Origin: an uncultured virus (IMG/VR IMGVR_UViG_3300029967_000119)
Lineage: Duplodnaviria; Heunggongvirae; Uroviricota; Caudoviricetes
Virus record (IMG/VR): IMGVR_UViG_3300029967_000119
DNA length: 64,000 bases
Strand: one strand, 5' to 3'
Part shown: positions 36,143 through 50,500 of the stretch, piece after piece
Layout of the letters: every line of letters begins with the position of its first letter
How positions within the stretch are numbered: the stretch's first letter is position 1
Notes under the pieces: model-generated
Told to the model about the DNA's origin: nothing
The model's input: only the letters and a program-made list of their open reading frames with translations
Database searches by the model: none
Program-made: the position numbers and the translations under genes

Positions 36143-36841
36143 TTGAATACTTTCTTCATTGGCATAGATTTCTCAATGGCAAAGCCGGCAGCGACTCTGG
36201 TCTGTCCAGACAAGTCTCTTCATTTCTTTGCATGGCCAGAGAAGCTGACAAATGTGGCAAAAGACCGGTTCAACTTTCTTCCAACATCTGAAATCATTGT
36301 GAAGTCTAGAGAGATTGGGTCGGTGCCAAGTGACTTGCCGAACTCTCTCCATGTCTACACCCACATAGTTCGTGCGACTTCTCTTGCTCATGAGATAGTG
36401 GATGACTTGAATGGCGCAATCTGCTCATGGCTCTTCAACAATGGAGGCATTGACCAAGAGCATGTGGTCTATGCTGCATCAGAAGGGCTCTCATTTAACT
36501 CCAAGGGAAAGTCAACTCTTGATCTTGCTACATACAAAGGAATTTTCTTGAGTGTGCTTGTCGAGATGCTCAGAAGCAGCCTGGCAAGTCTCTACACTTA
36601 TGCCCCTATGACAATGAAGTCTGTAGCAGGTGCAAGCAAGACAGCTGGCTCTAAAGATGCGATGGTGCAAGCATTCATAGCTGACTTGCCAGAAGGTGTG
36701 TCAGCATTCAGAGATGCTCTTGCATCAGGCAACATGAAGAAGAAAGGCGGAGAGAGCTGAATCGATTGTGTCGATGACATTGTTGACAGCTACTGAGCAT
36801 ACAAGACTATACTAGAAAAAGAGAAGCTCTCTACTATATAA
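36143..36841 (+). CDS. RuvC-like Holliday junction resolvase, 232 aa with two TGA=Trp
   Basis: IGIDFSMAKPA, SEGLSF, APMTMKSVAG...KDAMV; the catalytic DDIVDSY-W motif appears only after reading through TGA 36758 and 36794; ends TAA 36839-36841. Confidence 0.85.
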
Positions 36842-36850
36842 AAGCTTTAG

Positions 36851-39800
36851 ATGGCAAACTCGCTCAGCAACATAAAGATTGCTTCAGGTGTAGTGAAAGA
36901 CTACAATGCTGATGTTGCTTCAAAGGTGGTGTCAGACAAGATTGAAGAGTCTATAGACAGCTTCCTTGGACCGTTGTCTGACACAGTGTCAAGCGACTTG
37001 GCTCCTGTGCTGAGTGCACTCAAGAAAGTCAGGGCAGGTGCAGAGGCTGCAAAGAAGGTTGGTTCTCTTGTAGAGCAAGCTAGCAACTTGACGATTGTGC
37101 CAAAGATGAGTGCAGGATCAGCAATGACAAGTGTACTCACTACAGTCCAGCAGCAGATATGAGCTAGGTTTGAAGAGCTCAAGAAAGAGTGGTTCAAGCT
37201 CAAGGAGAGTGTCAGGAATGTAGGGTCTCCAGCACTAGACACAATCATCGACTCTACAACAGAGCTCATCAAGAGCACCATAATCAAGGTAGTAGACGAG
37301 CAAGTCAGGAAGGAGACTGGGTACTCTCCAATAGAGTCATACTACTTGTCCCAGAAAGCAATCAACTTGTACAAGACTTGGAGAGATGAAAAGGAAGCAG
37401 AGCAAGGAGAGAAAGACATTGAAGAAGCTTCTAAGACATTGCCAACTACAAACATGGAGGATCAAGGCAAGTCTGTGGAAGACACTAAGGAGAAGCTCAA
37501 GGCTTGGCTTGATGAGCATTCTGATGCACTCTACAATGCATTCTTCCTCATTATGCTGAGGGATGCTGTGAGCCCACTCACTGACTTGCTCCAGCAGAAG
37601 ATGAACTTGTCTCCTGGCAGGCTGCTTGCAATCATACAGAGCTTGAAAGACTTGACTTCAATGCTAGATGACCTTGGTGTCACATCGGCTGCAGAAGGAG
37701 CAAGTGATGAGATCAATGCATATGTGGTAGAGCTGAAGACTTTGAAGGAGAGCAAGCAGTCTAGCAAGAGCTTTGAGCTGCAGATTGTCGAAGGCACTTC
37801 TGGGAAGCTCAAGCTTGTGATGAATGCAGATCCAAAAGAAGAGAAGTCTTCATTATACAAAGCATTGAAGGCAAGCAACTTGTTCAGTGCTGACACAATG
37901 CAGGCAATCATCAAGGATGCTAAGTCTGCATATAGTTCTGGAAGTGGCTCTGGCAACTATCCAAGCAAAGGAGACTCAAGTCTCATCTATGACATTGAGT
38001 TTGCATTAGGTGCTGGCACATCGACAGAGCATGTTGAGGAAGCTCCATCTGCTGATGTTGGGCAAGTCTATGAAGAAGTGAGCACAGAGCAAGGCAAGAA
38101 GGTGCTCCCACTGTTGAAGACGATTATTGCAGCAATCAAGGCGTTGCTTCCATCTCTTGCAGCTATAGCTGTGCTGCTTGACAACTACAAGAAGAACAAA
38201 GAGTGGCTCAGAGATGATGCAAGGCAGAACAGCGACATGTTCAAGAAGAGAGCAGGTGAAGCAGCTGGGTACAACAGAGCAGAAGATGTGTCTGGGATGA
38301 ACATCTATGCTGTGCGGACAGAGAGGTGCAAGGCACTGCTCAAGTCTGCAATCGATGCAGAGCCGACAGACCAGATGGTGATTGATGTTCAGCAGACTGC
38401 AAAGTTCATCAAGAAGCTAGATGCTGCAAACATCCCATCTACAGACCTTGATGAGGCAAAGCCAACAAAGATCCTCATCCAGACAGATGGCAAGCTTGAT
38501 GGTGACACTGAAGGGCTCTCATGTGTCGTGCTCAAGTACAGAGGAGAGCTGCTCTGGTCTGACAGCGACAGAGATGAGCTGCCATCACAGATCATGAGAG
38601 GCAATAGAGATCATCCATGCTGTCCATGGATAGATGCAAGCTTTGGGTGCATTGCATCTGGAAGTGGGAGCGGTGGTAGTGGTGGCAGTGGCAGTGGCTC
38701 TAGCAGCTCAGATGAAACTAGTAATGAGAGCACAAAGATTCCAGAAGTCTACACTGACGAGATGGATGGGGCGCAGATGTTCAACACAGACTCTCTCATT
38801 GCACTCTGTGACATTGGAGATCCAACTTCACTTCCAGATTGGGAAGATGTGCTTTCTGGCTTAGATGATGGAAGTGACAATGACAATGACAATGACAATG
38901 ACAATGACAATGACAATGACAATGATGTATCTTCAACAACCGACAGCAATGTCATCAAGTCAAGGAAGTGCATCATTGAGTTTGCTGATGACTGCAAGCT
39001 GTATGACAAAGAGCCTTATGAGTGGTATGTGCAGCCTGGTGATGTGATAGACAACAGCACATTCATTGCCAAGTGTGTGCAGGACTACATCTGGAAAGAT
39101 GTCAGGTCAATCTTCACGACTGGCATTGTGGAAGAGATCAACTTTGACACAGGCAAAGACTACCACATGGCGTACCAGAAGTGTGGTGCAAACAGACATA
39201 TAGTGCTTGACAACTACCAGTATGGCACAGACATCAATGTAGATGTGTCTGTGCTTGAAGAGATAGAGACCAAGTTTGGAGTGGAGGCAGAGCTGTCTAT
39301 GCTCATTGCACACAACTTGTGCTATGCTGTGCTGCCACAGATTCTGATGCGAAGGCACTACACTGACCATACAGAAGTCCTTGGTGTTGCAGAGTACTTT
39401 GGGCGACCTGATGGGCAGCAGATCTATGAAGAGTGAGAGAAGCATGTCGAGAAGACTGTAGATAACTTCATGGGAAATGAAGACATATCTATAGGTGCTG
39501 ACAGGATAAGAGCTACCAATGGAGACTCTTCTATGCTCTCAGATCTTGGCAAGAAAGCAATAGATGCAAAGAAGAGGTTCATGCATGGGAAGCATGAATG
39601 GGGAAATGCAGAGTGGGGCATCATAGACTTGTATGAGAACTATGTGCAGACTCTTGACAAGTGTGAAGGAGACAATGAGGCATTCAGGGACTGCTGGCTG
39701 CTTGGCACATGGTACTACTTGAAGCTCATAGGCAGAGTGCAGACACTCATGGGAGATGAGTGGTCACTTGAGTACTACAACTTGCTGTCTGACATCACTA

Positions 39801-41185
39801 CAAGGCGCAATAACTATGAGCATGTCTCTATCAGCACAATCAAAGACTACATCAACAAAGAGGCTAAGCCACTCTTTGACAAGCACAAGTATAGAGATGG
39901 TGTTGTGAAGCATCTTGATGATGCATTCCCTGAAGGTAGAGCATCATTCACAGACATACACACTTGGTGCTGCGAGCATGCGACAGATCCAGATGATGAG
40001 GACAACAAGCTGCAAGCAATCACCAACTTGTACAAGTACTATGCAGACCACAAGGATGAGTACAAGCATGACAGCATCTATGACACTACAAGCATCCCAT
40101 GGCTTATGGCATACACTACATTAGAAGGCAATGTCTATTATGTCGACACAAGCCTCAATGCGATGCACTACTTCACAGATGCAAACAAAGATGTCTATGA
40201 CTATGTTGGGAGAGACATCAGAGACACTTATGACATCTACAAGCTGACACGGGTTGAGTGGTGGCGGCTCTCTCAGTTCTGGGACAAAGTGTTGGTGAAG
40301 TACAAGACGACATATGACTTGGCCAGCTTGCTAGAGCACCTTGATGAGTATGCTGACAGCTTGAGCCTCTATGCTGAATGGCCGCAGAAGTCAGAGATTG
40401 CAATAGATGGAGTGAACTATGACTACTTCTTCTTTGACAACTATGACTACTGGAAGTATGAGGCAGACAGGATGGCAGATGACCCAGAAGATGGCACAGC
40501 AGCTGATGCTGATGGAGTGACTGCACCTGAGCAGCCATCTGAAGTAGAAGCTCCTAGTGAAGGAGATGCACAGGCATCATTTGACAACAAGGGACTTGAT
40601 GACCAAGACATAGACCAAGTCTACAAGCCAGAGACACAGATCACAGACACTAAGTACTGGGTGAAGTACTTTGGGCTTGCTACTATGCTCTCATTGTTGC
40701 CGATGTACTGAGCTCCTGGACTCATACTCCCGACAGGCACAATCATCAAGCTGCCTGCTGTGTTCATTGCTCTGAAAGCAATCCACATCAAGGCACTTGA
40801 CTTGCTGCTTGTGGTTGGGCTCTCAATCAGAGGCATTGCCATACTGCCAATCTTCTTGTATGTCAACTTGTCATCCAATGACTTGAGCTTGCTCTTTCCA
40901 CTCACTATTGCTCTCAAGCAAGTGAAGGCGCTCTGGGATGCAAACATAGAGAAGACTGAGAACATTGTGCCAGATGTCGCAGATGCACTCATCAACAAGC
41001 TCTACAGAGAGAATGAGAAGCTCAAGAAGAAGAACATGGAGATTGACATACAGCTAGAAGAGATGAAGACAATCTCGTGGCCAGGATACCAGCAGCTCCA
41101 GACTAAGCTCAAAGATGCAGCATTGGGTGTAGGCACAAGGCTGAAGATAGTTCGTGGAGAAGACATATTGAAGACACAAAAATAG
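36851..41185 (+). CDS. very large hypothetical (probably virion-associated) protein, 1444 aa with three TGA=Trp
   Basis: Track ORFs 36851, 37346, 39470 and 40760 share one frame, separated only by TGA 37160, 39434, 40709; ends TAG. Confidence 0.85.
38876..38923 (+). repeat. (GACAAT)8 in-frame microsatellite encoding (DN)8
   Basis: Eight perfect hexamer copies. Confidence 0.95.
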
Positions 41186-41198
41186 ACACAGACAATAG

Positions 41199-41858
41199 AT
41201 GGATGAGTTTCTGATCAAGACTCGCAAGGCAATGCTAGAGAACAACAGCTTGTTTGAAGACTATGCTTACAAGTACATAGTTGAAGACATCATGTTCAAG
41301 GCTGGGAAGATCTACAATGGCTTGAGCAATGACCCAAAGCAAGTCGCTGAAGTGAAGTGCCCACTTGTGCCAGGGAATGTCTACACTTTCAAGTATGTGG
41401 CAATTGCAGACAAGTCAAAGCCAATGGACCAAGACCAAAAGAACTATGACACATTGCCAGTTGTGCTCTGCACAGAGGTGCAGCAAGACAAGATCAGAGG
41501 CATCAACTTCAACCTGTGCTCTCGCACTCTGAAGACTGGCATCTTGAATGAGCTCCAGAATGTGGACCCAGACTACTACTATGGAGATGCAAAGAGCTCA
41601 GGGGTCTTGAAGGGAAGCCAAAATGTGATAAAGATGTTCTTGTCTAGTGACATGACATCTAAGTTCATCCAGCTAGTGTCTTCAAAGTACAAAGTCTCCT
41701 CACAAGAGCTGCTTGTGAGGAGCTACAAGATAGATTGCATCAAGTACTTGAAGCTCATTGACTTGAGCTTGTGGAAGTACATTCCGTTCTTGAGATACAA
41801 GTCTACGCTCCGTGAAGATGTGCTCAAGACAATCATGAGCAAGATGCAGAAGTCCTAG
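41199..41858 (+). CDS. T4 gp2-like DNA end-protector protein
   Basis: PGNVYTFKY...YDTLPVVL...GINFNL pattern. Confidence 0.6.
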   Translation: MDEFLIKTRKAMLENNSLFEDYAYKYIVEDIMFKAGKIYNGLSNDPKQVAEVKCPLVPGNVYTFKYVAIADKSKPMDQDQKNYDTLPVVLCTEVQQDKIRGINFNLCSRTLKTGILNELQNVDPDYYYGDAKSSGVLKGSQNVIKMFLSSDMTSKFIQLVSSKYKVSSQELLVRSYKIDCIKYLKLIDLSLWKYIPFLRYKSTLREDVLKTIMSKMQKS

Positions 41859-44800
41859 AACATGTTGTAAGGCTGCTTGCAGCGCTCACGTGATGCAGGA
41901 TCCTCTAAGTTGAAGTAGAGAGTGTCAAGTGTCTGTGACATGTTGTCTCTGATAGAAGGTGCGCGGAGCATGAGCACATTGGTCGTGCCATAGTCACTGT
42001 TGTGCAAGATGCGTGGATAGATGTTGTATGTGAATGTGTAAGGCACCATGTTGTGTGTCTCTCCATCAGAAGACCACTTCTTTGCACCATATCTCTCAAC
42101 AACTTCTTCTGCATACTCGCTAGAGTACATAGAGAGCCGGTCTACAAGTGCTTCACCTGCTTCATTGATCCACTTCTCATATGGCTTGCCATCATCATAG
42201 ACTGAATACCCAGCTTTCTCAGCATAGTCATATGCATCAGCGACAAGCTCTGTGTCAAGCAAGCTGTAGAATGAAGGCACAATGTCAAATGCATAGAAGC
42301 TCTCTTCATTCTCAAACACTGGACACTGCCAAGCAAGGTCATAGACAAGCGTCCTGAAGCACTCACCTTCATTAGGCATGTTCTCCTTCTTGTTGTCTGG
42401 AAGCTTCACAGTCATTGAGTCTCAGTCAACTAAGATATACTCATCATTCTTGGCAACTGTCTGTGAGAGTGGAAGCGCTTCATCTTCAGAGTACTGGCTT
42501 GTGTCTAGTGCAGCATCAAGGTACTTGTAGCCGTTCCCATATGTTGATGTGACGCCTCTGATTGCACTTGACTTAGTTGAGTTAGGATCGACTTCAAACT
42601 CATAGTTCCAGACTTCCATTGAAGTCAAGAGCGAAGCATCACGCTCTGTGATGTCAAGCTCAGTCTGGAGCATCAATGGAGCATTGTAGTTGAACTGGCT
42701 GTATCTGTCTGCCTCATACAGCTCATTGTTGTAGTAGAAGGTAGAGACATCATCTCTCTTCTTAGCTTTCATGAGAGTTGAGTTGTATGTGACAGCAAGG
42801 TATGGACACTCATCAAAGTGTGAGAGTGCTGAGTCTGACTCAAACGGCCGCCAGAGCAGCTCTTCTTGGTTGTTCCAGTTCACCACATTGTACTGCATTG
42901 GGTCATTGTACTTTGTGGTCGCTCTCTTGAATGGGCTAGAGGAAGGCATGTTTAGCAAGGTCTCAAATGGGTCTTTTGCAAACACAGACACCGCCTTGAT
43001 GTCATCTTGCAAGAAGCCTCTCTTGAGCTTCCATGCATGCCAGTTCACAAACTGATACACCGCCCTAGACATAGAGTTTGTGCACTTTATGTCTGAGTAG
43101 AGCTTGTATGTCGACTTCTCACCATAGAGCTTTGACCCAACTCTTATCTCATCTGTTGACCCATAGAGCTTCACACCAGTCCCACTGTAAGTGTGTCCAA
43201 CTTCAAGGTCTTTAGGAGAAGCAACAAATGCCATTGGGTTGATGTAGAATGACTGGAACCCTGTCATCATGAGTGGCAGATCATACTCAGTTATCTGTCC
43301 TTTGTTCACCACAGATGTCAAAAGCTCTACACCATTGTCTAAGTCATCACAACAGTCAAAGAGTGCCCCATTGTAATGGATCTTGATGTCAGTGACTTTG
43401 AAGTTCATCGTGAGCATGCTAGGCATTGGGTTGCCTTCTTCAAAGAGCACTCTGAGCTTCACATGGTCTTTGTTCAACATGTCTGGGCTGAGGCCACACA
43501 CATCAATCTTGAATCCTTTGTAGAGGCCAGACCAGTTCATGCCAGGGTTTGCAAACACATTCTGGAGCAATGAGCTGTCAAGCATCACAACTTCCTTTCC
43601 AGACTTTGTGAAGTATGACAAGCTTGAGTCCTCATACAAGTCATATCCATTTGCATGCATGTAGCTTGAGTCAAGGTCATACCATGTAGATGGGTTGTCT
43701 GCTAGAGCTGCTGCATTTGTCTCGATCTCCGCTACAGTGCTTGAGAGGCTGATGCTTCCATCTACTACCTTGACATCAAGAGAGATGTAGTTGTCTATCC
43801 AAGCGGATGTGTCAACTGATGGGTCTTCATATATTGATGTGTCATCTGGGACAATCTTGAGAGTAGGCATCACATATGTCTGGAGAGTTGGGTAGTTGTA
43901 CCCAACAAGCATCTCATAGTTAGTCCAGTCTGTCTCTATAGTCAAGTCGACTGACACATCATCTGTGTACTTAGTCCAAGCTTGCTTGCTGAAGCCATCT
44001 ACAGACACATCAATGAAGAACTGTAGTTGGTTAGCAAGGATGCCAGCATCATCAGAGTTGGACTTCTCAAGGTCAACTTGTGAGTTGAATGTGACAAGTG
44101 ACACATCTGGGATGACACGTGGGTCCTTGAATCCTGGCTGCGTGATCTCATAGTATGCTTTGCTTGTAGTGAGACCATCATCTTTAGTGTATACAACTGT
44201 CACTACGACATTGCGAGAAGATGTAGCATAGAGTTGGTTGGCTTGCTTCAATATGAAGAAGTCGGCTGGTGACCCTTCAGATGCAGAGCATGCACTCTTC
44301 ATGTACTCATCAAATGTGCTGTAGTCGACATCATTGACATTCGGCAAGTTGTCATCAACTGTGAATGTGCACTCACACATGCTAGAAGCTGTGCCAGAGA
44401 TCCAAGATGCAAATGTGATTGTGCTCTGCCCAGAAGCTATAGCTGAGGAGACATCTACACTATTGATGTAGACACCAAGGATTGAGGATCCTTCATCTGC
44501 TATGATGCTGAGCTGTAATGAGTCATTTGCTTCAGCAGTGAGCTCTCCAACTGCCTTGAACTTGATTGGTGATGTTGCATCTACCATCGTGACATCTGAT
44601 GACTTGGTGATTCCATCTGGCTCTTCAATAGTGACATAGACATCTAAGTCAGTCTCATCCTCTGCATTGTTTGTGAGTGACACAACTGTAGGTTGTCCAA
44701 AGTACTTTGCAGATGACATTGTGAGTGTATATGGGATGACCTCGTACTTGTGTCCTATAGAAGACTCAAGCCTGCCATTGCTGCTGAACTTGACATCAAG

Positions 44801-46462
44801 AGCAACAAAGTCATCTGCTGGACCCATGTGCTCTACAGTAGATGCAGATGAGTCTGGATTGTTGAGGTCAATGACATAAGCACCAACTACAGAAGTTGTG
44901 TCATCTTTAGGCGATGCGATGAACTTGCTCTTGTCTATTGTGAAGCCATACTTAGCTGATATGTAGTCACCACTGAAGTCATCATCTGTGAATGTGTATG
45001 AGTAGCCATTGTAGAGCCTGAGCTCTGATGGTGCTATGACACCAGAGAGCTCAAAGTTTGTGATTGCACTCTCCTTGAACCAAGCAGAGCTGAGCTTGAG
45101 TGCATCTTGAGCGGCAAGTGTAAAGTGCTTGCCAGCTATCACATGGCAGCTTGCATCTTTGTCAGTATGCATCTGCAATGCCATGTTGCTCTCTTCTGCA
45201 TCCAAGAAGGCAAACTTTGTGTCTTTGTCTTGGTTGAACTCAGAGATCTCTACAAGGTAGTCAGAGTCTGGAAGCACTTCATTGAAGTTCTGGTAGAACA
45301 CTTCCTTCAAGTCACCTTCTACACCCTCATACTTGCTCAATGTCAAGCTCTTTGCAAGAGAGCACCTCACTACAGAGCTGTCAGTTGACTCAGCAAAGTT
45401 TGACATCTGGAGTGGATCATTGACTGTAAGGTGGTCAAGCACATAAGAGAAGCTCTTCCCGACCATCTCTGCTGTCACCACAATCATGTGGGTGTACTTC
45501 ATGCCGGTCGTGTTGAAGACATCTTCATCAAGGTACACATAGATGACATCTCCTTCTACATACTTGCTTGACAAGTTTGTAGGCACTTTCATTTGTGTGT
45601 AGTCATAGTTGGTCCACTTCACAAAGTTGAAGTGCTCGGTGTCTTGTGGGTTGTCTAGGTTTGCCTTGGTCAGCCTAGAGTAGTCATCATCATTGGTGTA
45701 GTATGCACTGTCTGCTGTCTTTTGGACAGTCTTCTCTAAGTCAGAACTGAAAGTAACATCAGTTGTGTCATGCTTGTAAGACACTCCATTAGAGTCTCTG
45801 AGCACATCTTCATCATCTTCAGAGATGTATTCTATAGCAGACCTGACATATGAGAGTGGATCACTCTGTGGGTTGACATAGTCTTCTCTGTCATGATACA
45901 TCTGCACGCTGCCATTTCACATGACAATGTCTACACCAAATGCAGAGGTCTCTTTCTGGTCCAAGTCTGGGTTATGCTCTGCTGAGTACTCATATGGCAC
46001 AGCTGACATGTCCACAAGGATGTTAGTCTTAGGCACATACATCAAGGTAGATGAGTCTCACTTAGTGAGATACAGCTTGTCATATGTATATGTGAATGAG
46101 CTGTTCTTTGTTGTGTCTTCAACATTCAAGCTCACATTCTCGAGAGAAGAGTAGTTGGCATTTATATCTGCAAAGTCAACACTCTCTTTGTCTATGTTAG
46201 CAGATGAATTGACTTTGTCACCATACTTGTCAAGATATTGGATGACACCAGTGTAGTACTTCTTTCCATTGAATGACTTTGCATCTATTGTGTTCACATT
46301 CACTGCATCATGCATGAATGTGTCAATAGGGATGTAGTTTGAGTCAAAGAAGTCATTGATGAATCCAAAGTAAATGCCTGTACCAGCTTTGCCAACAGAG
46401 CCATTGTTGCCTGCAACTCCTACTGCTGGAAGCCCATGATACACTTGTGACAACTCTTGCAT
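41855..46462 (-). CDS. very large acidic beta-rich putative virion protein, 1535 aa with three TGA=Trp
   Basis: Track ORFs 46058-46462, 42422-45907, 41855-42415 are one frame joined by TGA 46058, 45917, 42422; ends TAG. Confidence 0.85.
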
Positions 46463-46468
46463 CCTTTC

Positions 46469-47515
46469 CTATCCTTTAGTTATGAACACTTCAATGTTCT
46501 TCACCAGAGCAACATATGTTAGAGTGCCAGACTCATCATATGTGGTGCTCGCTGTGAGTGCATCACTATCAAATGAGCCCTCATCTAGCTGCACAAGTGC
46601 ATGTGCTCCATTATCATAGTACATAGACATGAGTGGATATGAAGAGCCGGTCTTGATTGCATTGAATGCAGCTTTAGCAGTCTCTACATTGTCTGAAGAG
46701 ACTGTGATCGTAACTTCACCTTCGGCTAAACTCCACTTGCAGAGCTTAGCAGCATTGTAGAATGATGTGATGCTTGACTGCGCAGTCTCTACTTGTGTAT
46801 AGTTGTCTATCACAGCTGCATCTGCACTGTCTTTGATTTCCACGACTGGTGAGTCGATGACTATTGGCTCATCAGAGTAGATGTGCCACGCCTTTGTGTT
46901 TGTATCAAACCAGAACTTAAGGTCTGAAGCCGAAGAGATGTTGTTCTGTGCAACAAGTGCAAGTGCTTTAGAAAGACCATCTATAGATGACATGCTTGCA
47001 CCTATCCTGAGGACATAGTCACCAGAGCTTTGGTCAAACTCAAAGCTACTCTGTGCGATGTCAAGGCCATTGTAGTCGCTCTTCAAGATGATCCTGTCAT
47101 TCGTACCATCATCTATCTGTGTGAAGTACACCTTGTCGTCAACTGTGTTGTCTATCTTTCCAACAAGAGTGAAGTAGTCTTTGTATGTAGAGTCAGATGA
47201 GTAAGCATTGATCTCACTGACATTCTTCATCTTGTAGATCTCCCCACTTGAGCAAATCACATAGTCACCATCTATGTATGGGCGTGACAAGACTTTGCTT
47301 GCATATGCCTTTATCAAGCATCTTTGCTGCTTGATGCATATGAGCATTGTCTCCAGGTCGTCATCACCTTCAGATTGGCTTGTGAAGTTGTAGTCAGAGT
47401 AGAAGATTGCTGTCCCTTTCTCACCAGTGTCGCCAGTCTTGCCATCTATGCCATATGTAGCAATTCCTGGAGCATACAAGTAGTTGTCTGTCTTCTTAGT
47501 CAATGTCTTTGCCAT
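46469..47515 (-). CDS. putative virion protein
   Basis: 348-aa ORF tightly packed in the structural cluster; N-terminal G-x-x-G-x-x-G stretch. Confidence 0.75.
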   Translation of the reverse strand: MAKTLTKKTDNYLYAPGIATYGIDGKTGDTGEKGTAIFYSDYNFTSQSEGDDDLETMLICIKQQRCLIKAYASKVLSRPYIDGDYVICSSGEIYKMKNVSEINAYSSDSTYKDYFTLVGKIDNTVDDKVYFTQIDDGTNDRIILKSDYNGLDIAQSSFEFDQSSGDYVLRIGASMSSIDGLSKALALVAQNNISSASDLKFWFDTNTKAWHIYSDEPIVIDSPVVEIKDSADAAVIDNYTQVETAQSSITSFYNAAKLCKWSLAEGEVTITVSSDNVETAKAAFNAIKTGSSYPLMSMYYDNGAHALVQLDEGSFDSDALTASTTYDESGTLTYVALVKNIEVFITKG

Positions 47516-47517
47516 GC

Positions 47518-50500
47518 TTATCTGGTGATTTTGAATGTTGGATAGAACTTCCTATTTGTGTAGTCTGAAATTGTCACTGTCAATATGATTTCATCATTGA
47601 TGTTCTCATACTCCGACTCATAGTTATCTACAACATTCCAGTTAGCATCAAAGTCTTCTGGGAATGTGTAACTCAGCTCAAAGTCTTGGTTAGTCTGTCC
47701 ATAAGTCTTAGAGTAGAGAGTGAAGTTCTTCTTGTCTGTTATGTCAAAGTACTTGAGCAATGACATCTTGATGTAGTTCTTGATGTATACATCATTATTG
47801 ATTGTGAAGAGCTCACTCCAGTTGTCTGTGAACTTCGGACATGACTCCATGAAGTATTTATAGAGTATCTGAGTAAGGTTCAGCCTGAGCTCTACTGCCC
47901 TAGTGTTTGCAGAGTTGACATTGTAAGTCTGGTCTACATATGAGGAAGTCACATATGTAGGGTATTCCCAGTCAGTTATGTCAACATAGTCATCATTCAG
48001 TACGATGCACTTAGAGCCAAACATAGAGCGGTCTTCTACACCTGGCACGTATCCATTCACATAGCTCCAGGTGTTATCATCAGTGTACTGCCTATAGTAG
48101 TGGTAGTCTCAGTTAGATGCAACAAGTGACCTAGAGTTGAGCATAAAGTAGTTGATGCTTGTAGATGTGTCTGAAGCTGTGAAAGTCTTCATGTTCCATG
48201 GGTTCTCTATAGCTTCAATGCTCTTCATGTGTGTGTTAGAGAGAGTGAAGTTAGAAGAAGCTGTGAGGATGAGAGAAGAGTCTTCATGAGTCTCATAGTT
48301 CACCAAGTTATAAGTCTGGACGTCAAAGTAGCCAGCATTGTACTTGATGTGTGATGGTGTAGTCGTGGTGATTATGATAGGAATGTAGTCTTCATCTATG
48401 TGCTCTACTGTCACACCATTGTTGATGATGTACAAGTCAAATGACTTTGTGAAGCTCTCTTTGTATCTCTCTAAGATATCTCCATTGCTTGTGTCTATGG
48501 CTTCAGATGGAGCGGTGACAGAGTATGAAGTCTGTCCAATGTAGCCACTCTCATTCTTCAAGTTGAGAGCATTGTCAGACACCATACATTCTCCATCAGA
48601 AGTGTTCACTATGTTGTACTTCTCATCTTCAAGATAGTTGATGAATATCTTCTGATTCCAGAGTGATGTGTCTTCAACATTGAACCAAGCGGTGTAGTTG
48701 TCTTTGTTGAGCACTTCTTCTGTGCTTGCATCTGCATCAAGGTAGTCAATCTCTATTAAAGTCTCTGTCTCACTGAGCAACATGTCTTTAGAGTTGCTCT
48801 TGACTACCTGAGCAAAGAGGGTTGTTGAGTCACCAAATGCATGCTCAAAGTCTATGTAGTATGGGTTCTTATGCCAAGCATACTGGTCACTCACAACTTC
48901 AAATGATGTCTTGCCAGACTTGATGATTGTGTCATTCTGGTTGCAAGTCTTGGTCTTGAAGTTGTGGTTGATGAACAAGATGAGCTTCTCTTCTACAGAG
49001 ACATACATCTCATTGTTAGTTGCTTCATCATAGTCATTCACAATGAAGATCTCAAAGTTGTTGTATTCATTGAGTCGTATTGTGTTGATGTACTTGTTGT
49101 CTGTGAATGAGAATGACACCTTGATTCCATAGAAGATGCATTCAAGTGTCTCTGTGTACTTGTTGTAGTAGACATTAGTGCTTGACTTGATGTTGCTTTC
49201 TGCAAGGACTTCCCTAATCTTGTATCCACCCAAGATGGCTTCTTTGATAGAGATTGCTCCTGCACTTGTGTCTATTGTGTCATCAAGGTCACATGACATG
49301 TACCATGGGCTTGTCTTCTTGTCAGATGTCTCAACAAACATCCCAGATCCAGAAGCAATCTTCTCTTGGTAGCTTGAGTCAAGAGCTGCATTCACATCAA
49401 GTGTCTGGTTTACATCATAGTAAGTTCCAAGAGCATTCCACTGTGTGCAAGCTTGCACTGTGATTGGAATCTGCAAGTCACTGTTGTAGATGTCATTCGG
49501 GTCTGCATAGCAGTTCATTGCCTTGAGCTCTGGTGAAGTCCAAGAGAATGCTGTCACTTCATCATTGCTAGAAGTGAGCATCTTCAGGATCACATCACTA
49601 TCAACTGTGAGACTCAGCCTTGTGAGCTGTGTTGATGAGTCTCCATTGTGCAAGACCATGCTCTCATCAATGTAGAATGAAGTGCATGGCAGCATGTCAG
49701 ACTCTTCAAAGGCCCCAGATGAGAGAGTGTAGATTGTGTTAGTCACAAGCATGCCCGGTGCACCATCAAATGTGATGACATCACCAGCATTCCAACTCAT
49801 TGATGCATCATTGCTTACAAGTGTGGTCTCTACATAGTTGATGCGAGTGTCAATGTCTTTGAAGTTGAGCATGCCCATCAATGAGAAATCATGTGCAAGA
49901 GGAGTGTGCAATTTCATGTGGATTGTGTCAGACAATGCATATGGCATGCTGACCATGCCTCTCTCACAGTCAAGAGGAGACATGATGATGTTGCATTCCT
50001 TGTCAATCTCTTCTATCAGCTCTGCTTCTTGCAAGTCATCAAGTGAAGGTATGTTAGAGTAAGCCTTGTATTCATTGATCTTGAAGTCATTAGCTGGCCA
50101 ATACCCATCAGAGCACTTTCCAAGCAAGACTTTGTACTGGTCTTTGAATGCTCAGTCAAACTGGTACATGTGCTCTTCTATGTCAATGAACTTGACAATG
50201 CTTGTAAGTCTCCATCCCAAGATCTCAAACCCATAAGGAGCAAACACCTTGATGTCATCTGAGTAGTATGATGTGCTGTAGCAAAGTGGGTGCAGCTCAT
50301 AAGTCAAGTCTTTCTTGAAGTATGAGATGTAGTCAAGCCCACAGTCTGCGCTGTAGTCCACTACAAGATGGTCTTCATCTGTCCAAGTGAGAGAGGCATC
50401 AAGTATGTCTGATGTGATGTGTTGAAACCAGGTGTTCTCAAAGTTAGAGATGATAGCTATCTGGTCTTCTGTCACATCACTCACATAGAAGTCTGAGTTG

